Positions 1-12,400 of a stretch of DNA of 64,000 nucleotides are shown piece after piece. The translations under genes were made by a program, and so were the position numbers. Source of the stretch: Rhizaria sp. SCN 62-66 (Eukaryota); the NCBI GenBank assembly GCA_001724265.1, contig MEDY01000066.1, positions 1-64,000 on the forward strand, given 5' to 3'. How positions within the stretch are numbered: the stretch's first letter is position 1; every line of letters starts with the position of its first letter. Under the pieces are notes generated by a model. It ran no database searches, was not told the origin of the DNA, and was given only the letters and a program-made list of their open reading frames with translations.

Positions 1-86
<86 letters not shown>

Positions 87-87
87 C
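1..87 (+). repeat. (AAC)29 microsatellite encoding poly-Asn, truncated by window start
   Basis: Perfect AAC repeat at bases 1-87, in the frame of the first gene. Confidence 0.95.
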
Positions 88-971
88 GCGAACGAGGCGG
101 ACAACAACGACAACGGCCGCCACGGTCACGCCCTTCTGGACTCTGACACCGACGACGAAAACAGCAACAACAATGGCAGCAACGATGCCGAGAACGACAG
201 CGTTAGCGGAAGTGAGACCGAGGACAGCGGCAGCAGTAGTGACAGCAGCGTCGACCTTGACGACCCCAGCATTCCCGGCTCCGAGTTCAACCGCAGCGAC
301 CCCTCCGTGGCCAAAGCCTGGCTCGGCTCCTACCCGCTTGGCGCGCGCGGCAGCACGGCGCGCGACCGCGCCAAGCTGGGCTTGCGCGGCGACCTGCTGT
401 GGGGCGTTCGGCACCGCGTCGGCCGCGGCGACCAGCGGCGCTACATCCACCAGCTCCCGTCGGTGCCGGGAGTAGTGGAGACGCTCTTCGCTCGCCGCGG
501 CGGGGTGCTCACGTCCTACCGCAGGGTGTCCACACTGGAGGACGGCGATGCGGGCCAGGACGATGTGTTGATGGTGGCTGCCAAGGGGCCGTTAACGCCT
601 GCGCCCGTGACAACGAAGAACTGCGTGATCCCTAATCCGGTCACGAATGGCATCTTCACCGAAAAGAGCAGCGCCCGTAAAGCGCGCGCGTCTGCAAACG
701 CGGGTGCGTACAGCACCGAGACCGCCGCCGCGTCGACTGTGCTGGTCGCCGCAGTGCTGTCCGCCCAGTCGCTGACTTGCCTCCGCTCTGCCTCCTCGCT
801 CGGCACCCTCGGCACGGCGCGCAACGCGGTCTACCACGAGCAGCGCGACACGGCGCGCGCCGTCAAGTCCGCGCTGCAGCGGCTGTGCCCGCGCAGGCGC
901 GCGCGGCGCGAGATCGAGAGGGCGGCGGCTGCCCATATGGCACATGTCATGGTGAACCCAAAAACGGGCGT

Positions 972-1002
<31 letters not shown>

Positions 1003-4000
1003 AATGCTGCTAGGGCTCGGCACGATACCGATGATACTGACTGCGACGCCGACTGCGAGTGCTTGAGGGGCGCGGGCGCTCTGCTCAAAGGCCTCAGCTT
1101 CGCGCCCGAGTGGATCACTACTGCGGCCACGCTGCCCTCGGCTTTTAGCACGATTGCTGCGGCGGCGAGCGCTCGCGACTGCGACTGCGAGCTGCAACAG
1201 CGTCAGCAATAGCAACACACTGCAGGCAGTGAACACGCTTCTGGCGCTGCGATCGACTATGAACGTCTTGCGAGCGACCGCGGGCGCGTGCTGAGTGACC
1301 GTGAGCGCGCTCGTCGCCGCAACACCCTGCTCCTGAACAAGCTTGAGACGCGCGACATGGCGCTGTCGCTGTTCGAGCCGTGGGTGAACGCGGTGGACGG
1401 CACGGTCACACTGGGCAGGCCTGTGGAGGCCGTGCTGACCGGCGTCAAAACCAAGTCGACGGGTCGGGGAGCGCGCGCTGATGCGACTACTGCTGCTGCT
1501 GAAGCCGGCAGCGCCGGCGACAGCGCTGGCGTAGATGGCGGCGACGGCGACCAGGCCGAGGGCGACGACGAGGAAACTACAGCTGCACATGTTCGTGCAG
1601 ATGCGAATGCTCGTGAAACCGCCGCGTTCGTCGAGTCCGTTAACGCTGCGGCCGCGTATTTTGTCTCGGCGACCTCAGCAGTGACGGAGACGTGCTCGCG
1701 CGCTTCGGTCCCAACGACAGTCACTGCGGCGGTCAAGGCCGCCGAGGCGAGCTGCAGCGGCCGTGCTGGCGGCGCTGCGCCGCCCGGCGCGGCGCAGTGG
1801 CCGGTGCTCGCTGATGACTTGCCAACGGTCACTCTTGTACCCGCGTCCGCCGCAACTGTTTCTTCACCTCGTAGTGACCGAGTCGACGCCGAAGCGGAGC
1901 TGCCCACGGCTTGTTGCAGCGGTGCGGCGCGGCGGCCGCTGCATTGGGTGCCGCGGTTGCCCCACTTGGAGACACGCGTGACGGTTGTGGTGCCGTGCAC
2001 GGCCCCGATTGAAGACAACGCGGCCATATCCGCCTCTTCTGCAGTCAAACGCGACCCCACGAGTATCTGCACGGACGTGCAACAGCACCCGTCGATCGTG
2101 CTCTCGCGTGCGATCACTGGCGCCACGGAGCACGATAACACCAGCAAAGAGACTATCGCACGTATCGCCCACTCTTTCACCAGCGATGGCTTTACCGCCG
2201 GCGCCGCCCCTGCCGCCCCCGTTGCGCTGGCAACCTTTTCCGTCCCCGGTCCTGCGCTGTTCGCCGCGCGCTGCACCCGCGCGCGCGTCTCGACGCTCTA
2301 CACTCGTGCACACGCATACGTGATTGCGCGCCGCTCCCTCTGGGCGCTGCTGCCTGACAGCGCCGACCTAGTGCTCTCCATCACCGCTTTCTCCAGCATA
2401 GGGATGACGGTGCTGCAGTTCTTCCCGCCCTGGACGCTGTATCCCGTGGCGCTGGTGGCGCTCCATTTGGCCGTGGTGACGCCGCTGGCAGCGATGCTCG
2501 CGACCTGGTGCGAGAGTGCCTTCGTTCAGCGCGCGGACGCGGAGAGCATCGACGCATTTGTGAAGAACCCGTCAAAGAAAGCGATTCTAGCCAGCTACCG
2601 CACCAATCCCCACAATATGAAGCATCCGCCTCCTGCGAGTGCTCGTGTGAATGTGCATCCTGCAAACAACAACAACAACAACAACAATAATAATAATAAC
2701 AATAATAACAACGTCCGTGCTGCTCATCGGCATCGCAAACGCGTAACACCTGCTACTGGCAGCGCCGAGGACAACAACAACAACGACGACGATGACAGCT
2801 CCGCGTCCCCCTACACTGCGGCCGTGCGCCTGGCGCTGGCTCCGGTCAAGCTGCGCGCTGTGCACGCCATCGCGAACGAGCGCGCGCGGCCGGTCCTCGG
2901 CGCGCTGGTGCCCGCGCTCTTCGTCACAACCTCTTGGACCATCAAGAGGGCCTTCGCGGCGTCGCCGCTACGCGCGCTGCTCGTGGCCGTGTACGCGGCG
3001 ACGCAGATTGCGATGTTGGGGATGGCCACGGGGCACTGGGCGATGACGGTGAACAGGTACTTTTACAAAACAGAAAGCCCACTTCATTTAACAACTGATT
3101 TTGTTCTTATTCAACCAACTAGTTTTCATGCGAAATAGCCTGCCCGAATTCCCATACTCTTTTGACATTGTACTGCAATCTCCCTCACCCCCTCATCTCT
3201 CACTGACATTGACATCGTGTTGCTTGTAGGGCATTTGGCTGTGCATATGCGCTGTTCGGCATTTTGGCGGCACGCGAGCTACCAATCTATCTCCATTACA
3301 AGCGCAACAAGGCCGCGCGCGACGCCGCACTCATCAGCGACGCCATGGCCGCCATCGAAGGCAACATTGCCGCGTCCCCGCCGCGCCTGTCCGACGAGTC
3401 CCTGGGCGACACAAGCTTCACACTGTACCACCGCGTCATGTTCTTCAAGCCGCTGTTCCTCTCGCTGCTGCTCAGCACTGCGCTACTGCACGCCAAACTC
3501 GCGCCCTCGGTGGCGCTCGGCGTGAGCGTGCTCGCGGCGCTCGCGCCCGCATTCCTCACCGCGCTGGTCGTATGCGTCGTATGCCTCGTCATCTGCTGCA
3601 GGCACAAGACGGTCAGCAACCCGACTGATGGGGCTCGTGGCTACGGCACGAACTTCTATCTCGTCAGTGCTATCTTTGCCGCAAGCGGCTCCTTTGCGAT
3701 CTGTCTCGCGCTGCTCTCCCTCCGCGGCATTATCGCCCCTGCGCTGGACGGCGTCGCCGCCGTGCCTGCGGTCATCCCCTACACTGTGCGTGACTTCGTC
3801 CACTCGGTTGCCTGGCTGCCGCGCGCAGTGCTCTCGCTCAACTTCACACTCGCTGATTTCAAGCACGCGATGTACTCGCCCGTGGCGCTGATCAGGGCTA
3901 TCTGGGGCTGGGACACCGAGTTTTACACTCTGAGTATTGCAAATGCTGCCGCCGCTGCAGCTGCGTCTGCTGCAGCCACAACCGCGGCCAATGTCACTGC

Positions 4001-4469
4001 CGCCACCACCGCCATTGCTGCGGCGGCGGCGACTGCTGCGGCGACGGATGTTGCTGTCGCCGTCACACACACGACCGCTATCACTGCTGGTGCTGCTGCT
4101 ACTGCCGCGAACGCCACGACTGCTGCCGTCACCGCCAATGCGGCTGCGGCTACAACTGCGGCGGGTTTCGCGCTGGATCCATCGGCGCCGTGGCTGCTGC
4201 GCTGGGCCTTATACTCCCTCCCCATCGGGCTTTTTAAGGGGCTCTGGGCGCGCGTGGTGCCCTCTTCGTGGTGGGCGCTGTGGGGCCGCAACCTGCTCAC
4301 GCCGCACCCGGCCGTGGCGTACATCGTGCTGGCGGGTGCGACGCACTGGATCCTGGCCTACTCGCTCAACCTCCACACGTCGAAGCCCAAGACGAACCCT
4401 GTGACGGCCGTCAAGGGGGTCATGTGGGAGATCTTGGACCTGTTTGCGCTCGCGTTTCCGCGCAAGTGA
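1..4469 (+). CDS. 5'-partial large hypothetical multi-pass membrane protein (>1430 aa) with one in-frame TAG at 1210-1212
   Basis: Frame 1 is open from base 1 (poly-Asn, then acidic Ser/Asp tract) to 3056 apart from TAG 1210-1212. ORFs 307..1212 and 1288..3138 share this frame. Intron 3057-3229 (GTACT...TAG) joins in phase to ORF 3264..4469, which ends in TGA. Several hydrophobic segments lie in the C-terminal half. No family recognised. Confidence 0.75.
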
Positions 4470-5064
4470 GCGGGGGCGCGTGTGTGGCAAGCGAAACTAT
4501 GCAACTGTACGTGATATGCTCGGACTCTTACCGAAGTTGCGCAGTTGCATTAACGCGCGTCAAAAGACTTTTACACTCGAATATATGTTATAATAGTATA
4601 GAATACACACTTATAGTTAGTTTATCGTCTTTTAAGCGTCAAGTAATACTGTCTCATCCTTCAGAAGTGTTGTATGGGCTCTTCTCAAGTGCGCCTTCGA
4701 CATTGATCATTGACAGCCGGAAGTGGCGAGGCGGCAAGGGGTCGCAGCAGGCAGCAGGGAGGAGGCAAGGGCGTGGTTTAGAACACTGTGCGTGCGATCT
4801 ATCGACCGTAGAATACGGATTTATCCGTTCTTTGTCACATATTTGTGGTTGGTATATCATATCCTATTATTGATTTTTGCCTAAAATGTATAATTCTGGT
4901 GACCGCGCATTCACCCCGTGGTCCCGGGGCCTGCCTCTCGCCCAATGCCGCAGCTTCACGCTTCCTATCGTCCTCCGCATACCCACGAATCCATTAGCTG
5001 AAGCATCATGACTCATGCGTGAACATGCCTTATTACTTACGAATATTGTTGTATTCTTCTTTAG

Positions 5065-7536
5065 ATGGGCCAGACTGCGTCGAGCACGAAGCCCGAAGAA
5101 GCTTCCCCCGCGGCCGCCCCCACCACTACCACGAGCAACGCCGCCGCCGCCCCAGCTTCTGCTGGTGCGACGTCTCCGAGCGACGCCCCCTTTGACGTGA
5201 CCGCCGAGCCCGTCGAGGAAGAGGAGGACCCCTTCGTCCTGGAAGGCCCCTTCGTGCAGGTGCTCTTCGGCTCCGAGACGCGCAACGCCCAGCAGCTGGC
5301 CTACAAGCTGGGCCAGCGTTACGCCATCAAGCACTCGCCGATCCCGGTCCGCGTGTCGTGCATGGACCAGTTCGAGCCTGACCACCTTGTCAAGTGTCCA
5401 TACGTGCTGCTCATCGTGTCGACGCACACTGACGGCCGGCCGCCCGAGAACGCCAAGCACTTTTACCAGTGGCTCGAGGACGCGACGCAGGACTTCCGCG
5501 TGCAGCGCGGGTACCTTAACAAGACCAAGTTCTCTGTCTTCGGCCTGGGCTCCTCGGACTACAAGAGCAACTTTAACGCCGTGGGCAAGGCCATGAAGGG
5601 CTGGTTCCGCGCGCTGGGCGCGAAGCCGCTGTGCAGGCACGCCGTGGCCGACTACTCCGACTCGGTCGACGCCGAGCTGGGCCCCGAGGCGCTGTTCGAG
5701 CAGTGGGCGCTGCAAGCCGTGCTGCCCGCCGTCAAGGCCGCGCTGAAGCAGGAGGCTGACAAGGCCGCCAACGCCGCCGCCATGGCTGCGCAGCTCAAGG
5801 CGCGCACCACCTTCGCCGCCGACGCCGACGCAGCCGCCGCCACCGCGGCCAACGGGGCCAGCGGTGCGGCTGAGCCGACCTGCGGCGAGGACGCCGGCGA
5901 CGACGACGAGGAGGAGGACGGCAGCATCAACGGCGACGACGGCGACGACTACGACGAGGACGAGGACGATGACGACGGCGGCGACGAAGGCGAGGGCGTC
6001 GTCGACCTGGAGGAGATGGGCAACGCCATGAGCGGCGACGGCGCCGACGGGGCCGCGACCACGGGCGCGAAGAAGGCGCGCAAGATGCTGTCGGAGCGGC
6101 AGCGCGCGAACCTTATCAAGCAGGGCTACAAGATCATCGGCTCGCACTCTGGCGTGAAGTTGTGCCGCTGGACCAAGGCGATGCTGCGCGGCCGCGGCGG
6201 GTGTTACAAGCACACCTTCTACGGCATCACGAGCTACCAGTGCATGGAGATGACGCCCTCACTGGCGTGCGCCAACAAGTGCGTCTTTTGCTGGCGCCAC
6301 CACACCAACCCCGTGGGCAAGGAGTGGCGCTGGGAGACGGACAACCCCGAGCTGGTGCTCAAGGGCGCGCTGGAAAACCACCGGAAGATGATCTACACGC
6401 TCAAGGGCGTGCCGGGCGTGCAGCAGGCGCGCTTCGAGGAGGCGCTTAAGCCGCGGCACTGCGCGCTGTCGCTGGTCGGCGAGCCCATTATGTACCCGTA
6501 CATCAACGAGTTCATGGCGCTGCTGCACAGCGAGGGCATCTCGTCCTTCCTCGTCACCAACGCACAGTTCCCCGAGCAGATGAAGACGCTGACACCCATC
6601 ACGCAGCTCTACCTCTCCATTGACGGGCACTCGCCCGAGTCGCTCAAGAAGGTCGACCGCCCGCTCAACGAGGACTACTGGGAGCGGTACATCAAGTGCA
6701 TGGAGCTGCTGCGCGAGAAGCAGCAGCGCACGGTGTACCGCCTTACGCTCGTCAAGGGCTTCAACATGGACGAGGTGGCTGAGTACGCGCGCCTGGTCAA
6801 CATTGCGATGCCGACCTTCATCGAGATCAAGGGCGTGACCTACTGCGGCGAGGGCTCCGGGCTCTCGATGGGCAACGTGCCTTTCCACGAGGAGGTGCAG
6901 AAGTGGTGCCTCGCGCTGTGCACGTACCTCGACGGGCGCTACGAGCTGGCGTGCGAGCACCGTCACTCGTGCTGCATCCTCATCGCTGACACCAAGATGA
7001 AAGGCGCCGATGGCACGTGGCACACCTGGATCGACTACCCCAAGTTCAACGAACTCGAGAGGCGCTACCGCGAGGAGGGCACGCCATTTACGGCGATTGA
7101 CTACTCGGCGCCGACGCCCGCGTGGGCTGTGTTCGGCGCCAAGGAAGAGGGCTTCGCGCCCACTGAGACGCGCGTCCGCACCAAGGGCAAGTTCTCCGAC
7201 GCCAAGGTCGCCAAGGCCAAGGCCGAGGCCGACGCAGCCGCCGCCGCCGCCGCTGGCGGTGCGCCAGAGGAAGACGGCAACGAGGGCTGCGGTGGCGAGT
7301 GCGCATGCTCGGGCAGCTCCGCCGCTGCCTCTGCCGACGGCGCAGCTGCGGCTGCCACTGTGAGTGGCTGCTGCAAATCCCAGTCTGGCGCTGCGAAGGC
7401 GGACGGCTGCGAGGGCGCCGGCGGTAAGGAGGAGGGCGGCTGCTGCAAGCAGAACGATGCTGCCGAGGCTGACAAGACTGCGAAGCAGGAGGGGTGCTGC
7501 GGCGGTAAGGACAACGGCCAGTGCTGCCGCGAGTGA
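5065..7536 (+). CDS. TYW1: tRNA wybutosine-synthesizing protein 1 (flavodoxin + radical SAM)
   Basis: Flavodoxin motifs (VLFGSETRNA, FSVFGLGSSDY), then GYKIIGSHSGVKLCRWTK, GGCYKHTFYGI, radical-SAM CANKCVFC, HCALSLVGEP and SFLVTNAQFP. Single ORF ending in TGA. Confidence 0.96.
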   Translation: MGQTASSTKPEEASPAAAPTTTTSNAAAAPASAGATSPSDAPFDVTAEPVEEEEDPFVLEGPFVQVLFGSETRNAQQLAYKLGQRYAIKHSPIPVRVSCMDQFEPDHLVKCPYVLLIVSTHTDGRPPENAKHFYQWLEDATQDFRVQRGYLNKTKFSVFGLGSSDYKSNFNAVGKAMKGWFRALGAKPLCRHAVADYSDSVDAELGPEALFEQWALQAVLPAVKAALKQEADKAANAAAMAAQLKARTTFAADADAAAATAANGASGAAEPTCGEDAGDDDEEEDGSINGDDGDDYDEDEDDDDGGDEGEGVVDLEEMGNAMSGDGADGAATTGAKKARKMLSERQRANLIKQGYKIIGSHSGVKLCRWTKAMLRGRGGCYKHTFYGITSYQCMEMTPSLACANKCVFCWRHHTNPVGKEWRWETDNPELVLKGALENHRKMIYTLKGVPGVQQARFEEALKPRHCALSLVGEPIMYPYINEFMALLHSEGISSFLVTNAQFPEQMKTLTPITQLYLSIDGHSPESLKKVDRPLNEDYWERYIKCMELLREKQQRTVYRLTLVKGFNMDEVAEYARLVNIAMPTFIEIKGVTYCGEGSGLSMGNVPFHEEVQKWCLALCTYLDGRYELACEHRHSCCILIADTKMKGADGTWHTWIDYPKFNELERRYREEGTPFTAIDYSAPTPAWAVFGAKEEGFAPTETRVRTKGKFSDAKVAKAKAEADAAAAAAAGGAPEEDGNEGCGGECACSGSSAAASADGAAAAATVSGCCKSQSGAAKADGCEGAGGKEEGGCCKQNDAAEADKTAKQEGCCGGKDNGQCCRE

Positions 7537-8392
7537 AGCAGGCAGTGATTCTGAGAAGCGAGCTGAAACAACAACCATCACAGTCGTATCGCTTGTTAGC
7601 AACAAGCAGTGATATCAATGCGCACTGCAAGCATCGTCTTTTGTGCGCATGCGGTGGGACTGTGCTGTGCCACCGTATGTCGACGTCATGAGGGCCTGTT
7701 TTTAATTGTGAGACGCTTAAACGATGGAAGTCGAGGTAAACCCGTAACACACCTCGATCGAGTGGAGGAGGATCGAGCAAGACAGACAGAGCCACAGGCA
7801 GAAAACATATAATTGGTTGAATTTAGTGATCGTTTTCTGCTAATAGAATTCTTGTAAAACATGATAGCTACATTTCTTCGACTCAACTAAGTTGTTCTTT
7901 AAGTGATATCCATGACAATTGATGCCCACCACAAACGCCTGCCAGAGACAAGACACGTCGATCGATCGGGTTGAGATGAGGCCTCACTTGAATTATGTGC
8001 AGCGTCTTGGATTGATCGTCCACTTGACTGTTACCGAGTCCTTATGTGTGTTTTCTATGTTGTGTTTACGATTGTGTATTAATGTGCCTTGATGACGTGG
8101 TTGTGCGTGTCTACAATGGTTAATGTGATCCTTGACCGAGACTATTTGAGCCATGGATGGAGTCCGCGCGCGACACGACCTCATCGCGTTACGCCCCGCG
8201 TTCTAATCTAAGCTAGTTAATACCCGTGTATCTTATTGTGTTAATTGCAGCATATTACGGCACGGCCTTGTTTCGTGTTTGGCAAACGTCTCAACCACTC
8301 CATCAATGTGGCACACGCTCACTAACGTTTAACCTCCCTCTCTTCGTTGCCCTGCTCTGTCGTGTCCACGCTTGCTCTCCCTAGCACACATC

Positions 8393-9163
8393 ATGCTCGG
8401 CAGTAGTGGCGGTGAAAACAAGACCCGCTATGTCGCTACTGCGCTTATTGCTGGCATCATCTTTGCCCTCGCTTGGTGGGTTATCATCGACGCTGGTGCC
8501 CAGGTTCGGTACCACGATGATCCTCGCCAGGTACGTCCTTCTCGCAACGGGCACAATGGCCTGCTATGCAGTCATCAAATGCGAAATGGATGCGGTTGGC
8601 TTTTATTTGTACTGTCAATGTCTTTATTTTGACGCTGCACTCACAACGCTACTCGCATGAACTCACCAAAACAACTCTACAATCTTCCTCTTTGTCTCGC
8701 GCTTAGATCAAGTTCATCTACGTGCTGCCCGGTATTCTCGCCTCGTTTGGCGTTCTGATGATTAACAGCTTTTCCTGGGAGGACTTTGCTGGTGAGGGCT
8801 TCTCTGAAGTCAACGCGAAGCGGTACGTATTCAATATTTAGCGAAACAATACTAATACGTGGGTGTCGCTAACTGAGTTGTTATCAACATGATTTGCTCA
8901 GACAGAAGTGTTTTTAGCTCCCTCACTCATTGTCATATGTTTTATTCTTTTCTTATTCGCTCCTCTACAGTGCCAAGTTCTGCTTCTTCTTCGGCATGGT
9001 GACCCTGATCTGCACTCTCTTCGGCGCTCTCTGGGTTGCCATCGACTACTATTTTACTAGCTCCATCCCCAAGAGCGACTGGCCCGGTGCGGCGATCATC
9101 ATCAACCTGTTTTTGCAGTTTGTATCGGCTGTTGTTCTCCGCGTCGGCCGCCTCTCACACTAA
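8393..9163 (+). CDS. Vps68/TMEM50 (UPF0220) family small 4-TM protein
   Basis: Exons 8393-8530, 8707-8822, 8971-9163 join in frame. Motifs AGIIFALAWWVIIDA, LPGILASFGVLMINS, AKFCFFFG and WPG match the family. Stop TAA. Confidence 0.85.
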
Positions 9164-9481
9164 GTGCACACTAACCTCAACTCATATCATGTCCCAAAGC
9201 GTCGGTAATGAGTGTCATTGCATCGTGCGCGTTGACCACTGACATTGTGAATGCAGTGCTCATGCAATCGTTCTTGTGTTTGATACGAAGGCGAAACCGA
9301 AAGCTGTTGCTAAAGAAGACTCATCGTTTGTATGAATGTGTACAAATACCAACCAGTGTTTAAACAATGATGTTAATAAATATTATTTAGTTTTATTAGA
9401 ACATCATCTGAATCAAAACCAACGAAATGAATTGATGTGATATTCTGAGACCTATTGTAAATTGTGGATGCACCTCCCCGC

Positions 9482-12400
9482 TTACATGTAAAACGACTTC
9501 TCCCAGAGCTCGGGGTGTAGGCCCTCGCTCCAAACCTCTGGCTCGCCGTTCTTGCCCGCAACCGCCGCGGCCGCCGCGAGCGCCGCGGCGCCCGACCAGG
9601 CGCCGCCGCCGATGGAGGAGTTGTTCATCGCGCGCTTCGAGATGGCGTCGACAGTATACTTGCGCGAGAGGTACTTCATCTGCGTGCACATCGAGTGCGC
9701 GTGTTGGGCCACGCCGGGCACGGCGCCCGTCTTGGCAATGCGCTGCGTGTTGTGCGCGAGGTAGTACGTCAGTTCCTGGATCTCGTCCATCGTCAGGCCA
9801 CCCTGCTGCGGCTGCTGCGGCTGCCCGGCCGTTGCGCCGTCTTGCTCCGAAATCAAGCCGTCGCCCTCGTTGACAAGGACGGTGTAGCGCACCGGCCGCG
9901 GCGTACCGCGGTGCGCGGCGTGCGCCAGGAGGTAGAACTCGTTGCCTGTGAGCGCGGTGACGCTGGGCGAGTCGATGACCGTGCCTGGCACGGGCGCGTG
10001 CATCGTGGGGTGGGTGGTGTAGCAAGACGGGTGCGACAGCGGCACGCTATAAGGAACGCTGCTGGCTTCACCAGTCGAAGCAGTACGAGCACTGGAACGA
10101 GCGCCAGAGCCAGGGGTTGTCGTTTTCTTTGTCGTCGTTTCTGTTTTGATGTCACTGCTGATGTTAGAATCGTCACCAGCAGCGCTGTCATTGCTGTTTT
10201 GCTTGTTGACGTGCAACTCTGCAACGACCTCGGGATCAGGCCTTTGTCCGAACCCAGCAACACCGCCGCTACCCGCGCCAGTTTTGCCGCCCTTGCCGCC
10301 GGGAAGCTCCTTGGGCCAGAAGCGCACGCTGTGGCGTTTGGTGCACAGCACGACAAGGATCTTGGGGTTGTACGCCGGGTCCAGACTGCGGCAGGCCATC
10401 TTGATCGCCGCCGTCTCCTGCTGCGTCACCTTGTGCTCCTCATGTTCGTTGATGCCGTCGCGGAAAAAGAGGATGCGCTCGGGGATGCGCCCCGTCTGCA
10501 GCAGGAACTGCGTGATGTGCCTGCGCACAGCGAACATAAGGTGCTCGACCGGCGTCACCTCGCACTCGACGCCCGTCTGCAGCGTGATGCCCGCGTATCG
10601 CGTCGCCTCCAGGTCGCGGCTGCCTATCACGCACGCGTGCGAGTACTCGTTCACCGGCAGCGCGCCCGCGCCGCCGGCCGCGGAGCCCTGCGCCTGTGCG
10701 TGGCTGCCGCGGATTTTGTGGTGCCGCAACGGGTGGTCCACGTCCAGCCCCAGCACCAGCGACGGGGCCTCGAGCATCACCTTGGGCAGCGAGAAGCGGA
10801 AGTTGACGCCTCCCAGCTTGGTATTGAGTTTGAGCACAAGGTTGTGGTAGTATGCCGGCGGCAACGGCTCGCGCGAGAGCATCTTGTCGCTCGCGATGCC
10901 CTGCGTCACGACGCCGTAGCGCGTGAGGGCGAGGCGCTTGAGCGCGTCGTACAGCGGGTCGTTGCGCGGTGACGAGCAGAGGAGGAAGACGACATCTGCG
11001 CGCGCGGCCGGGCGCATCATGACGCGGTGCAGCGTCTCCTCCAGCTGCGTCGGGTTGCGAACCGTAAGCACGTCGCGCAGCGGCGCGATCGACAGGCCCA
11101 AGTCCGCCGCCGTCGACATGAGCTGCGCGAAGAAGGCCTTGATCACGGCGGGCTGCACGGGGGCCGCGAGCAGGAACAGCGGCGCCGCGACGGGGACCGG
11201 GGCCACGAGCCGGCGCGAGCGGGCCGGCCACGCGCCGAGGACCGGGATCGTCTCGGTGCACACGGCCGCCGCCGTGGGGGCCAGCGTTGGAACCTGCTGC
11301 GTTGCAAATGCGCTCGCAGAGTCCTTAGACGCGTTCGCGGCATTGGCGGTGAAGGCGAGAGTGTGGGGGCCGAAGTTGAGCAAGCTGTCATTGGTAACGC
11401 GAGCGATCTTGTTGCTGATGTCTTTGGAGCTCATGTTGATGTCGTCATCGTCATCATCAGAGTCCACCATCGCAGTACCCTTGCTGCCGCGAGCGCGCGC
11501 CTTCGAGCCAGAGTCAGCACTCGCGTCACCGTAGCCGTGGTCAGAGTGAACGCAGTCAGCCGCAGTGACGATGAGCCGTGCGGGGACCGTGTTAGCGCAC
11601 TCGCTGGAGGTGTACAGCCGTTCCACGACGCTGTTGTCGAGCGGGTCAACTGTGCTCAGCGCGGCGCCGGCAGGCGGGAACATGCCGTGGCCCGCGTTGT
11701 GACCGTAAGAGCCCGCGCTCACGCTCCCGTTTGGGGGGAAGTGCAGCGACTGCGCGAGGACGGGGCAATTCGGATCACAGCAGAGAGACTTTGCTGCGTG
11801 GTCTAACGGGTCCGGCTTGACTAAGAACCTGTAGGGGTCGCGATCATCATCAGCATCAACATCAGCACTCGCAGAAGCGCTCGTACTCGTCGCACTCTTA
11901 CTCTTAGCGGGCTTATTCGTGCTCGAGTTCATGTCAGTGATGTTGCTGTCATTGTTTAGCACAGCAGTGATGTGCTTTTTGGTCGTTGAAACAGCGTCAC
12001 TCGGTGTCTTGGCTGCCTCTGACAGCACCATCATCTCACGGCGCGCTGCGACAGCAACGCTGTTGTCGGCGTCACTCTTCGCGTTCGCGTTGTTCTCGGT
12101 GCTGTTGTAGTACTGGCTAAGAACGACAGCATCCTCAGCACGAATAATACCCGCAGAGAGCTTCTTCTCGCGCTTGCCTTTCGCCTTACTAGTCGCAGCA
12201 ACGGTCTTAGCCGCGGTCGTGGCTGCGGCGGTGCTCGCGCCACGACGCTTCTTCGCATTCTTAGACTTCGCATCACTGTCACTCCCACTGCCGCTGCCAC
12301 TATCACTACCGCTGTCATCAGCGGCGTTCGCGCGAGCACCACCGCTCTTGGCGATGTTGCCTGCGGCGGTGATGGCGTGGGGAGCCAGTGCCGCGGTCTT

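Noticed and set aside
1-87. Telomeric or CRISPR-like repeat
   Set aside because: It is a simple AAC microsatellite that runs in frame into coding sequence. Similar poly-Asn runs occur inside other ORFs (near 2665, 13078 and 45090).
4867-7605. Long antisense ORFs (also 9695..10972, 35276..36554, 38581..40233, 50361..51752 and others)
   Set aside because: These are shadows of GC3-rich coding sequence on the opposite strand and carry no recognisable motifs.
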